DNA of 64,000 nt, from contig NC_092372.1 in the NCBI RefSeq assembly GCF_030028105.1, forward strand, positions 160,400,058 through 160,464,057, in the 5' to 3' direction. The stretch comes from Mobula birostris. Its lineage: Eukaryota. The notes below the pieces were generated by a model. It was not told the origin of the DNA. It made no database searches and saw only the letters and a list, made by a program, of their open reading frames with translations. Below, piece after piece: positions 52,649 through 64,000 of this stretch; position 1 is the stretch's first letter; each line of letters begins with the position of its first letter. The translations under genes and the position numbers were made by a program.

Positions 52649-54112
52649 CTGAAGAGATAATGAATTAGATTTCTGTAAACTATACTTTGCATACTTTACC
52701 TCTCTAATACTTTTAGTTAACATTTGGTAACGCATACCTTATGATTTGGTTGATATCAATGTAAACATTTCAGTAGCCATTTAAATAGTTATTCTGTGCT
52801 TCTTAACTGCACAATACATTGGTGGGGAACAGCACATAACATGATGTAATCCTGTTTGTCAAATATCACAGAATCACTCCTGAAGGTAATACAAGCTATT
52901 TATTTCAATCCAGAGATCAGCTTTTACAGATTAAGAAAGCCTCACTGTAATTGATCTCAGAGATCAAAATTTTCCAAACAGAAATTAACCACTACTGTAT
53001 CTTGGGATGTTACAGATGTGAACGAACAGACTGGTTAGCTAACTGCTGTTACCATGACTGATTAATATATTGCATATTACCTGATGTAATACTTCTAAAT
53101 TGAAAACAAAATAAACAATATCCCTTGGCTCTTATAACTGATAGACAGTAGACACATTGTTATTTACTTGAAGGAATTTCATACACAGGCCATTAAATGG
53201 GTTGCACTCTCAGGAAAACCCATAGCAGAGCCAAATGCTAGTTTCTGAGAAATACACTCAGTCAAATAATTTTATTATGTTTTGGATGATGACCAATTTA
53301 GAATAACAATCAGTTTTAATGTCTATACCTTTCACAGAACCTTCTATACCTTTCACTTTATGTACATAACCAGGATTCTTTTAATTTACCTGAACCCTTC
53401 AGCTTTCATATGCATTCTCAATTCTAACAACTAGGTTATTGTAACTGTATATTGTGACAGAAAATTTTATTAGGAATGAATTAATTCTCATCAACTGTCT
53501 AATTTTGGAGGCATAATCATCCTTAAACTGATCTGGGCAAAACGTAGGAAAAGCACCTGCACAAGGAGAAAGGTCCAGGAGATACGAACAAACTTTGCAT
53601 GCAGGCATTTTGGAAATGGAATTGCTAAGGCTATTTTGAAGTAATTTTGAAGCACTCTCTGTAATTGTGTTGTGGGTGAGCAGGCACTTACAATAAAATT
53701 CCACTTCCAATTAGATTGGAAATATGCAATTGGACCACAAGCTTGATTAACCTATTTAATGCAAGCAAATGAATGATAGGTGTGCCAAGGAATGTTCCCT
53801 TCGCAACAACAATGATTTTTACTTCAGTTAGTACATTAAGCTTATCAAAAGTTTTAAACTTGAAAACCAAGTTCTACTTCAGCAAAATTAATGACCTGTA
53901 AGTTTATCTGATATTATTAACATAGAATCTTGGAGAAACTAAAAGACCTGGTTGTTCAACTGCAAATATCTTAAGGTTCTTTCAGGCCAGAGATGGTCTC
54001 TGGCAAATGCTGCAGGCTAAGGTCATGTAATAATCTTGTCTACTAAAACAAAATACTTTACTTGTACTCTGACCAACTCAAATCACAAAATGAAAAACAA
54101 AATTTATTTCAC

Positions 54113-54197
54113 CTGCACTCGTGTGACATGGAGATACATGATACAAGCGACCAGGAAACAAATGCAAAACACCAGAAGGACAAGGACCACTGTGCTC
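54113..54197 (-). CDS. ADCY1: ADCY1 coding exon (STVVLVLLVFCICFLVACIMYLHVTRVQ)
   Basis: 85 bp; acceptor tactttttcag, donor gtgaaa, phase 2 to 0; hydrophobic transmembrane segment matching AC1. Confidence 0.94.
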
Positions 54198-54227
54198 CTG
54201 AAAAAGTAATAATACAAGAGGTATATA

Positions 54228-54394
54228 AGAACATAGAACATAGAACAGTACAGCACAGTACAGGCTCTTCTGCCCACAATGTTGTGCCGACCCTTAAACC
54301 CTGCCTCCCATATAACTTCCCCACCTTAAATTCCTCCATATACCTGTCTAGTAGTCTCTTAAATTTCACTAGTGTATCTGCCTCCACCACTGAC
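54228..54394 (-). mobile_element. Short young CR1 3' end next to an ADCY1 acceptor
   Basis: Near-identical to 17921-18082, including the (ttctatg)n tail. Confidence 0.9.
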
Positions 54395-54399
54395 ACAGT

Positions 54400-55080
54400 G
54401 ATAGGAAACATAAACAGAATTAGGCCTGGACCCTGCTGCACAATTCAATAAGTTTGTTACAACTGATCCACTCCTGGCCCATCACTGTCCTACTTTCTCC
54501 CCCTGGACTCTCTTATAGTTCAAATATATGTCAAACTCTGCCTTCAATATATATTCAATTTCACCCTATCCACTGCTCTCTGGGGAAGAGAGCTACAAAG
54601 ATTCATGTCCATCTGAGGCAAGAAACTTATTTCTTTTTTGTCTGAGGTGAGTGACTTTCATGCTAAAACCAGGCCCCAAAATTCCAGATACCTCCACCAG
54701 GAAAAAGCATTCTTCCCAATCACTTTATTAACCCTGTTTGTTGCATCCTGAAAAGAACTCTAGCAAATTTTTTTGACAATTTCTTTTTCATAAAAACACA
54801 CTGACTCGGCATTATTGTCTCATGATTTAAGTATCCTGCTATTACCTCCTTAATATTGGATTCCAGCTATTTTTCCCCAAATGACAGATAAGAGACTAAG
54901 TATTCTACAATTTTCTACTTTCTGTCTCCTCCTTTCCTGAAGTGAAGTGGTGCATTTATGGGTTTCCAATCTCTGGGACCTCTCCAGAATCTAATCAAAT
55001 TTTATAGATAACTACCAATGCATCCATTCTACGGAGTTCATGAGGCAGGTCATAAGTTCCAGGGGATCTTACCATGTCTA
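54400..55080 (-). mobile_element. Old CR1 fragments
   Basis: Degenerate similarity to 16554-17080 and 50640-50940. Confidence 0.55.
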
Positions 55081-55176
55081 ATACTTTCTCTGTGCCTACA
55101 TAAGCAGTATATGCTAACTTACATACAATCATGTTCATTTTAGATCAGAGGGATAAAAAGTATAAACAATACTTAC

Positions 55177-55274
55177 TGTGGTATTATGAGAAGATACAGA
55201 AGGCCAAATAAGGCAGCAAGTATCAACGAGAGGATGACTGCACTCGTAAAATATTCATCATGAAGCTGATGATA
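55177..55274 (-). CDS. ADCY1: ADCY1 coding exon (start of M2, YHQLHDEYFTSAVILSLILAALFGLLYLLIIP)
   Basis: 98 bp, not in the ORF track, read manually. Acceptor cttccacccacag, donor gtaagt, phase 0 to 2; continues the previous exon in frame. Confidence 0.95.
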
Positions 55275-55489
55275 CTGTGGGTGGAAGAGCTAAAGTGAAT
55301 CTTTTCTGCGAACATGATATAAATCACGATGCAATGCCTTAGGATCAAAATTTATTGAACACTGATTTAGAAATTGGCTGCATTTTAGCAAAAATTATTT
55401 TAAAACAAGACACCAGTGTAGGACTTCTTTTGACAGGGTTAAAAGTAATGTCAACATTTTGGCCTTGATGTCGTGTTTATTTATTATAA

Positions 55490-56660
55490 CCATAACATAT
55501 GCCAGGGTTTTGTTCATCAGCCTTAGCTCAGTGTTTAACATAATCATCCCTCAGAGGCTGGTGGGTAAACTGTCCTCATTGGAACTCAACACTCCTCTCT
55601 GTAATTGGACCTTGGACTTCTTGACAGAAAGACCCCAGTCAGTCCGAGTTGGCAGCAATGTCTCAAGCTCCATCAGGCTGAGCACTGGTGCCCCCTGGGT
55701 AGTGTGCTCAGCCCACTGCTCTTCATACTGTTGACTCACGACTGCACTGCCTGATCCAGCTCAACCACTTCATCATGTTCACTGATCGGTGGTTGGTTTC
55801 ATCAGCAACAATGATGACTTGGCATACAGAGAGGAGGTAGAGAGGCTCGTCAAATGTTGTGATAACAACAAATTGAGTCTCAATGTGGACAAGACAAAGG
55901 AGAGGATTGTGGACTTCAGGAAGGCACAAGTCAACCACTCTCCATTGCACTTCAATGGCTCTGGCATGGAAAGAGTGAAGAACACAAAGTTCCTTTGTGT
56001 GCACATAATGGACGATCTAACCTGGACCCACAACACCTCTTCAATAGGTACAGCAGTGCCTACACTTTCAGAGCAGATTGAGGCATGCAAGGCTCCCCAC
56101 CCCCATTCTAATAACTTTTTACAGGAGCACCATCGGAAGTGTCCTGTCTGCCTGCATCAGTGTGAGGTATGGGAGCTGCGAACAGTAAAAACTGCTGAGG
56201 GAATCACCAGAGTTTCCCTTCGCTCTATTTGTGACATTTACTGGGAGCATTGTAGACAAAGGGCCCAAAGGATTGTTGAGGATCCCTACCACCCATCCCA
56301 TAACTCTTTGACCTACTACCAACAGGGAGGAGGTACAGGAGCATTAGGAAGAAGACACAGGAGCATCATGGATGAGGTACAGGAGCAGCAGGCCTGGGAA
56401 TGCCTATCTGAATAACAGCTTCTTCCCTCCAGCTGTAGATTAATACTCTGCCACCACTGAGTTCTCGTCACTAGGACAGCGACTCTGTTACTGTTTATTG
56501 TACTGTTTACATGTGCTGTACACCACATGCATTTTAAATTATATTTTATTTACGACAACATTTTGCTTTATATGCTGTGTATGATATATATTTTGTGGAT
56601 GCACTGTGGTCTAGATGAGTTGTGTTTTATTTGGTTGTATATATGTAGTCAGAGGAACTT
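55490..56660 (+). mobile_element. Rex1/Babar-like LINE 3' part
   Basis: [58 protein letters not shown]. Confidence 0.85.
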
Positions 56661-57937
56661 GATCTATGATAAATGGATGTTATCATGTATTGCCCTCATA
56701 CTTGCCCTCAGTTTTCCTGTAAACATTAAAGTGATTTGCAATAATTAGAGAGCTAAGCTAAGACAGTATGGTGTCCTCTGTAAGTGACCTGAGACCTAAG
56801 TGACACAGCAAACATTAACATATCACATATTCATACATTAAGACCTCTCCGAGACATGATGCAAAGTCGCGGCAAGACAGTGCTTAAGTAAGAACGTTAA
56901 ATTCAGAGCAAAGCTATGGAAATAAAGCAAGAAAGGGGGAAAAAAGATGACATTAGGGAGAGTTAAAAAAATTGAACTAAAGATATGAAACAATACCTGT
57001 ATATATATTTTAAACTTTAAAAAATTCTAATAATTATTGTACTATTGCCGGGTAAAAGTTATGGACAAGCGAGGCTCACACTTTGTATAACACCACATTT
57101 TTTGCTCTCTTTATTGGGCACCTAATGAGTAAATGTTGCAACTTCATGCTGTTACATGTATGTGAATGCTGTTTACCTGAACGAATAACCCATGTGGTGT
57201 AGTGGAGCGATTTGGAAACATGGACAGCAGCTGTTGATTTCTGTGTTTAATTGTGTATGTGCAGTCAGAACTTGCAGTTTGATTTACTGCTTAATAATGT
57301 TGAGTGCCGGTAGTTTCAACATTATTGCAATTATATGGAGAACAATGAATTATGCATCTGCAGTCCAACGAAATGCCATGCCAGGCAGCACAGTCTGAAG
57401 TTAACTAGACCTGTTAATGTAATCTTAAATCTATTAAATACCAGATTTCTTTCAATTATACAGAAAAGAGTACAGTACAAAATTCAAACTCAATATGAAA
57501 TTCAATGCTTTTAGTAGATGGTTATTGCACTTAAACAGTAGGAAGATAGACACTAATCTCACATAATTGTCAACAGCTATCAGTAATCAAATAGCAAACA
57601 GCTTCAGCCATGTTATGATAATATATGACACATATCAGTAAGCACTTCAACAAAAAAGAAATAACACCATTGCACAACAATAATAGATTTAACTGGTACA
57701 GGGTCATGCAACGTGGAGAGGTAAATCACTGGGATAAATTGCCTGCACTTCAACAAGCTGCTTTATTAGTCATTAAGGGAAACATTGTTTATCAAACTGC
57801 AGTATTTGAGAAGAAAATTAATTCTATCAATGAGCCAGTTATTGTCTAAATAATGGGAAATCTCTCAGATGAAGTGCAATAGGGATTTCAATAGCACATA
57901 CAGTGTCTCTTCAATGCCTCTTCTTTCTGACTGAAAG

Positions 57938-58335
57938 CACTGGATAACAAAGATTTTGCTTCCTGAATGCTGTTGAGTGTGTCTATGGATTTTGGGCTGC
58001 TAATCATGATAATCACCATGAAATTTCGATATATCACACCAATTTTTTTGGAATCACCTATAATGGTTATTTCAATTAATAATTCAGTCAGAATAATTGA
58101 TGCCAAGATTAAGGAAGGTGTTTTTGTTGGTCCACAAATCAAGCAGGTTATCAATGACAGGCAATTCGAAGAAACTTCTAGTGGGACTGGAGAAAAGTGC
58201 ATGCAAGACATTCAAGGATGTTGTTGAAAATTTTCTGGGCTATAACAAGGCACTAAACTACATGCAGCTGGTTGACAACATACTTCAAGCATACAAAACC
58301 ACGAAGTGCAACATGTCACTGAAGACTCATCTTTC
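57938..58335 (+). mobile_element. Chapaev-like (CMC) DNA transposon fragment
   Basis: Transposase remnant DAKIKEGVFVGPQIKQ...FKDVVENFLG.NK..NY...V...LQAY...CNMSLK.H across a frameshift; terminus-like cactggataacaaa at 57938. Confidence 0.7.
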
Positions 58336-58843
58336 TATCAATTACTAAAAATCTATGTCCTCTGGTTTTTGATTGCACTGCAAGGAGAAATGAGGTCATC
58401 CATCTTTACATTAAGCACCTCAAATCTTATAACAGCTCTGCCTCCTTTGTTCCTAAAAAAGAATCAACTCTGAATTATCCAATCTTTTCAGCTGTAAATC
58501 TACTCTGCACCATACCCAGTGGAATGCAATTTCTCTGATAATATGCCAAATACAGGGTATGCACAATTGAAGCTGTGGATTGACTGACATATTCACTGCC
58601 TCGGTGAATGTCACAATGAATGATCCCGGCTTCCTTTTAAGGATCTGTGGACCTGCATTCCAAGGTAACTCTGTTGCTTTGAATTATTTATTTTTATGTC
58701 TTTATTTCCATGTTGCACCTCCCAGATCGATTGCTGCACATTTCTTGTAATTTTTTTCAGTTTGATGGAATATTCTTATAAATGACCAATACCTTCATAG
58801 GAGTATTACTTTTAATCCTCAATTAAGGAAACATGCTGAATTT

Positions 58844-58932
58844 CTGAAGGGTCTCGGCCCAAAACATCAACTGTACTCTTTTCCATAGATGCTGTCTGGC
58901 CTGCTGAATTCCTCCAGCATTTTGTGTGTGTT
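58844..58932 (+). repeat. Short PLE-terminus-like repeat with partial hammerhead motif
   Basis: ctgaagggtctcggcccaaaacatcaactg...atagatgctgtctggcctgctgaattcctccagcattttgtgtgtg. Confidence 0.75.
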
Positions 58933-59040
58933 AATTAGTTTAGTTATGTTATGCTTTTTATGTTAGTTTAGTTGTATATTTTTTTCAGATCTCAAAGTCC
59001 ATTTAACATGCAATGAGGCATTTTTTGATGTACTGTCACA

Positions 59041-60060
59041 ATTCAAAGTTCAAAGTAAATTTATTAACAAATACACATATATTACCATATACAACTCTGA
59101 GATCCATTTTCTTGTGGACATACTCAATAAGTCTATAATAGAATAATAACCATAACAGAATTAATGCAAAACCACACGAACCTGAGTATTCAACCAGTCT
59201 GTAAAAGACAACAAACTGTGAAAATACAAAAAGAAAGAAATAATAAAAAATAAATTAAAAAAAAATAAGCAATAAATAATCAAGAACATGAGATGAATGT
59301 CCTTGAAAGCAAGTCCATAGGTTGTGAGAATATTCCAATGATGTGGCAAGTGAAATTGAGTGAAGTGATCTCCTTTGGTACAAAAGCCTCTTTACTGAGG
59401 TGTAATAACTGTTTCTGAACAAAGTGGTGCGAGTACCGAGTGTTCTGCACCTTCTTGGCAGCAGTGAGAAGAAAGCATGTCTGGGTGATGGGGATTTCTG
59501 ACGATGGAAGCTGCTTTCCTGCGACAACATTTCATGTAGATGTGCTCAGTGGTGGGGAAGATTCAACCCGTGATGGACTGGGCCATATCCGCTATTTTCA
59601 TGTGATTTTCCATTCAAGCGCATTGGTGCATCCATAACAGGCTGTCATGCAGTCAGACAATATAGTCTCCACCCCACATCTATAGAAGCTTGTCAAAGTT
59701 TTGGCTGTCATGCCAAATCTTTGCAAACTTCTAAAGAAGTAGAGGTGCTGCCATGCTTTCTTCATTACTGCACTTGCATGCTGTACTCCACCTCTGATCT
59801 TTGATGAGGACTGGCTCAGGGACCTCTGTTTTCCTTCTCCCCAAGTCAAGAAGCAGCTTCTTGATCTTGCTGACATTGACTAAGAGGTTGTTGTCACCAC
59901 ACACGCAGCCATTTTTAATCTCCCTCCAGAATTCCGATTCGTCACTCCCTTTGATTCGGCTTACGACAGTGGTGTCATCAGCAAACTTGAATATAGCACT
60001 GGAGCTGTGCATAGCCACACAGTCATTAGTGTAAAGTGAGTGGTGCACCTGTGCTGATGC
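59041..60060 (-). mobile_element. Rex1/Babar-like LINE 3' part
   Basis: FKFADDTTVV, KKAWQHLYFFRSL; tail ttcaaagttcaaagtaaatttatt. Confidence 0.85.
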
Positions 60061-60174
60061 AATGTGGGAAATGTGATTCTAAGCTTCTGCAAATCACAAT
60101 CTAGCAAAAGCATATAGTTGATTTTAGGATACTGATTGGCTGAAAAATATTAGCCAGAACATTGGAGACAGTTC

Positions 60175-60935
60175 TTAGACCATAAGACCATAACATGACG
60201 GAGCAAAATTAGGCCATTCAGGCCATCAAGTCCACTCCACCATTTCATTATGGCTGATCCCGGAGCCCACTCAACCCCATACACCTGCCCTCTCACCATA
60301 TCCCCTGATGCTGCAACCAATCAAGAATCCATCAACTTCTGCTTTAAATTGCCTCCACCACAGTCTGAGGCAGAGTATTCCACAGATTCACTATTCTCTA
60401 CCTAAAAAAATTCCTCCTTACTTCTGTTCTAAAAGGTCGCCACTGAATTTTGAGGCTGTGCCCTCTAGTTCTGGATACCCCAACCATAGGAAACATACTC
60501 TCAACATCCAACGTTGACTGTACCTCTCCCTAGAGATGCTGCCTGGCCTGCTGTGTTCACCAGCAGCTTTGATGTGTGTTGCTTGAATTTCCAGCATCTG
60601 CAGAATTCCCTGTGTTTGCGCTCTCAACATCCACCTTATTTAATCCTTTCAGCAGTCGGTAGGTTTCAATGAGTTCCCCACACATTCTAAATTCCAGTGA
60701 GTACAGAGCAAAAGCAGCTAAACGCTCCTCATATGTTAATCCCTTCGTTCCCATAATCATCCTCGTGACCTTCCTCTGAACTCTCCCCAATGACAATACA
60801 TCAAGTGTGGCCTGACTAGAGTCTTATAAAGCTTCAGCATTATCTCCTTTTTTAAAATATTCTATTCCCCTTGAAATAAATGCCAATGCTGCATTTGTCT
60901 TCTTTACCACAGACTATCCCTGTGAATTAACCTTG
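60175..60935 (-). mobile_element. CR1 3' fragment, interrupted at 60511-60620
   Basis: Tail agaccataagaccata; RVQRKVTRMI, YEERL, LYSLEFR remnants. Confidence 0.82.
60511..60620 (+). mobile_element. 110-bp non-autonomous PLE-terminus-like insertion with 13-bp TSD
   Basis: TSD ctctcaacatcca at 60498-60510 and 60621-60633. Body acgttgactg...agatgctgcctggcctgctg...ccagcatctgcag is homologous to 23988-24045. Confidence 0.85.
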
Positions 60936-61282
60936 ATTTTCTTTGAAAACTACCTCCATACAAGACTCTAGGCAAAACATATTGGAAACAAGATATATAT
61001 ATATATATACACAAGATAAATCTTGTCTCATGCAGGCAAACTAAGGGTCCAGTTACTGAATGGAAGTCAGCTTTGAGACTGCTGGATGATTGTTCCTATT
61101 CAACCCCCAGGAGATATTGAGACAAACTGTGGATCAAAATGGATGTTTATAATGCAATCTTCATAACTTTACCAAATATGTAGCGCCCAAGAAACTGAAT
61201 AAAAACACAGAAGACTTTGTGCACTATCCAAACCTTTAAATCAAAATTTAACTGGTTACTTGACTTTATAAACATAACTTAC

Positions 61283-61477
61283 TTTTTTCTCCCTTTCACT
61301 TTGTTTGTATGTTAAAGTAACAAAATGTAAATCTGCCATTTCAGACTCTGTTTGCCGAGCTTCAATTAGGCGACTGATGTATCGATTCACTCGAGTTCCT
61401 GGAGTGTTATGTATAACATTTGTGGAAAATGATGATCGATTCCTGACTTTTTCAGATGCTGTCCTCAGTGCTCTTCT
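61283..61477 (-). CDS. ADCY1: Adenylate cyclase type 1 coding exon (C1b, RRALRTASEK...SEREKK)
   Basis: 195 bp, 65 codons; acceptor ttttattcacag, donor gtaagt, phase 0. Peptide RNRSSFSTNV..TPGTRVNRYISRLIEARQTE recognised as vertebrate AC1 C1b. Confidence 0.95.
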
Positions 61478-61654
61478 CTGTGAATAAAACAAGGTACTTT
61501 AATTAATGATGGGCTGAGAAAGAATTGTTCTGCTACAATTCTAACTCGGTTTGCGATACCTATGCAGAGTACAAAATTCATACGTTCAGAACCTTATTAC
61601 CACATGAAGGTTAATACATCAGTTACCAAAAGATGCCATTGTTGTACTTCAGGG

Positions 61655-62600
61655 AAGTTCAAAATAAATTTATTATCAAAGTACATTTATATCACCACTT
61701 ACTGCATATTAATTTTCCTGCAAGCGTTCACAGCAAATACAAAGAAACCCAACAGAATCAATGAAAACTCACGCAATGTCAAACAAACAACCAGTGTGCA
61801 AAAGCAACAAACTGCAAATTCAGATAAGAGAAAAATAATAATAAATAACTAAATTATATTAAGAATGTGAGTTAAAGAGTCCTTGAAAGTGAGTCCATAT
61901 GATGTGAATCAGTTCAGTGTTGGGGTGAGTTAAGTTATCCCCACTGGTTCAGGAGCCTGATGTTTTAGGGGCAATAACTGTTCCAGAACCTGGTGGTGTA
62001 GGACCTGAGGCTCCCATACCTTCTTTCTGATGGCAGCAGTCAGAAGAGACCATGGCCTGGGTGGTGGGGTTCCTTGATAATGGATGCTGCTTTCCTGCGA
62101 CAGCGCTCCTTACAGATGTGCTCATTGGTGAGGAAGGCTTTACATGTGATTGAATGGGCTGTATCCATTACATTTTGTAGGCTTTTCCATTCAAGGGCAG
62201 TGGTGTTTCTGTATCAGGCAGTGATACAACCAGCTGGTATACGCTTCATGCTGATTCCTCGCAAACATCTAAGAAAGTAGAGGCCCTGCTGTGTCTTCTT
62301 CATGGTGGAACTTTTGTGCTGGACGCAGGACAGATCCTCTGAAATGATGATGCTAAGGAATTTAAAGTTGCCGACCCTTCCCACTTCTGTCGCCCATGAT
62401 AAGGACAGACTCATGGGCCTCCAGTTTCCTCCTCCTGAAGGCAAGAATGGCATTGAGTGATAGTCTCTAATGGCACCACTCAGCTAGATTTTCAGTCTTC
62501 CTCCTATATGCTGATTTGTCACCACAGTTGATTCAGCCAACAACAGTGGTATCAATAGCAAACTTACATATGACAGTGGAATAGCACAGGCAGAGCTAAG
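61655..62600 (-). mobile_element. Rex1/Babar-like LINE 3' part
   Basis: FKFLSIIISEDLS, KKTQQGLYFLR; shared tail aagttcaaaataaatttattatcaaagtac. Confidence 0.8.
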
Positions 62601-62602
62601 TA

Positions 62603-63405
62603 GTTATGGCACCCAACAGCGACTCCTTTGCTTGCATCTTCAGAAACAGCTCTATTTCCATCTTTAATATCTCTATTTTTCCCTTTCAGGGTGCTTTTGA
62701 AGAGCCTGACCTGGAGTTACACACTGACTACAGTTCTTTGTGGGAATGGGACCCGATCTCGGGGTTCCACAATCGGCCGCTATTTGGCATGCCAAAGTCG
62801 CAGTCTAAGACTTCGGCACGGATTCAGAAGTGTGGGATCTTGAGGAACTGGAGACGGGCGGATCAAGGGTCGGTGTCCCCTCGGGAGACCCATGTGTTAT
62901 TGGGGGAGTCGGAACATCTGCTGTGTGCCTGGGGAACCGGGATCTTTGCGATCTTCAGGCACTGAGCTCAAAAAAGCGATGTAACGGACTTTTAACATCG
63001 TAAAACAGCGATTGTTTGTTATGTCTCCCCGCTCATTGGAAAATGAAGTCACCTCTTTCTCCCTTATTAGGACAGAGAGAGCCAGCAGCATGCCAAATTA
63101 TCGGGTGAACAATGTAGTCTTTGGGGTAACTGCAAGTCTGTGTCCTTGCTATTACTTTGTGCATGCTTGAGTGTTGGTAGCAGGTGCGCTTTAGTTTTGC
63201 CGGTAGGGAGGGGGATTGATGCTCACTGCCGCTTATGCGCGGAAGAGAGGGAAGCTGGGGAGGGGACTTTGGGGTTCTTACATTTAACTGTCATTCATTC
63301 TTGGGGGACTGTTCTGTTTTCGTGGATGGTTGCGAAGAAAAAGAATTTCAGGATGTATGTTGTATACATTTCTCTGACATTAAATTGTATCTTTGAACAT
63401 TTGAA
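62603..63405 (+). mobile_element. Young non-autonomous retroposon with Rex1/L2-type tail
   Basis: CpG-rich, no credible ORF; begins atggcacccaacagcgactcc and ends aagaatttcaggatgtatg...ctttgaacatttgaa; architecture parallels 9177-9991. Confidence 0.6.
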
Positions 63406-64000
63406 AGGATAAATGAAGGGAACAACAAAACGATCAGAGCCAAGGACAGTTTTAGGTGTCTTGAAAAGTAATGCACCTTTAAGAGTATAACATTGGAAAA
63501 GAAAGAATATTCATGGTGGAGCACTTGCAAATGCAGGATTTTCTATTGAAGATTATCTTTGAAGAATAATAACAAGAAATATTCTGCATGTGTAATATAT
63601 AGAAATACCATTTGACAGCAAGGATTCCAAACACAAGCAAATTTACTACAAATTGAAAGCACTAAAGATTAAAGATTAGCTTTATTTGTAACATGTACAC
63701 TCAACCATTGAAACCTACAGTGAAGTGCATTCACTGAGCACGCAACATTCTGAAGCTGCTTGGCAGCAGTAAGATGTTTCCTCGAGTGGGACATTCCAGA
63801 ACTACATGACAATCTCATGAAGAGGGGTCAGCCGCTCATGACTCAATAGATTGTGGATCTTAAGAGTTTTCTTTCGGGTTAATTTTGGATGCAGAGCCAT
63901 TTATATTCAAAGCCAAGACAAGCAGATACTCAGACTACCAGCTAATCAAGGGCGATGGAGATTTGGAAGAAAACAGACACGATCACCACAGCTACAATGC

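Noticed and set aside
61456-61475. Partial REST/NRSE-like motif (gctgtcc...gtgct)
   Set aside because: Mismatches at key positions and fully explained by the codons for ALRTA.
63348-63530. Minus-strand ORF containing FSNVI, similar to the upstream ADCY1 exon (IPFSNVM)
   Set aside because: Flanking residues do not match AC1 and no suitable splice donor was found; chance similarity.
1-64000. The many short ORFs in the six-frame track as host genes or a prokaryotic-type operon or defence system
   Set aside because: They are retroelement fragments, antisense shadows of those, or chance ORFs; the only supportable host coding sequence is the spliced ADCY1 exons.

Overview
Eukaryotic (vertebrate) genomic DNA; the repeat families suggest a cartilaginous fish (inference). 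The window lies inside adenylate cyclase type 1 (ADCY1) on the minus strand. Eight consecutive coding exons (61477 down to 26708) were reconstructed by hand, all GT-AG and phase-compatible. They encode the end of C1b, the second membrane cluster (M2), the helical linker and the start of catalytic C2a. Neither gene end was found in the window. The introns are dense with mobile DNA: CR1 LINEs, Rex1/Babar-like (L2-group) LINEs, tRNA-derived SINEs, a decayed Gypsy LTR element with both LTRs, a Penelope-like element (PLE) and a Chapaev-like transposase fragment. The most notable signal is a minimal type I hammerhead-ribozyme motif in the PLE 3' region, damaged at CpG sites in every copy. About nine short non-coding repeats across the window carry pieces of the same motif, and one is a 110-bp insertion with a 13-bp TSD like the PLE's, pointing to a PLE-mobilised, retrozyme-like family. 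Also notable: a ~1.15-kb fold-back inverted duplication with an 80-bp perfect core, and a young CORE-like SINE with an 11-bp TSD. Exon, TSD and motif coordinates were counted base by base; other repeat boundaries are approximate.
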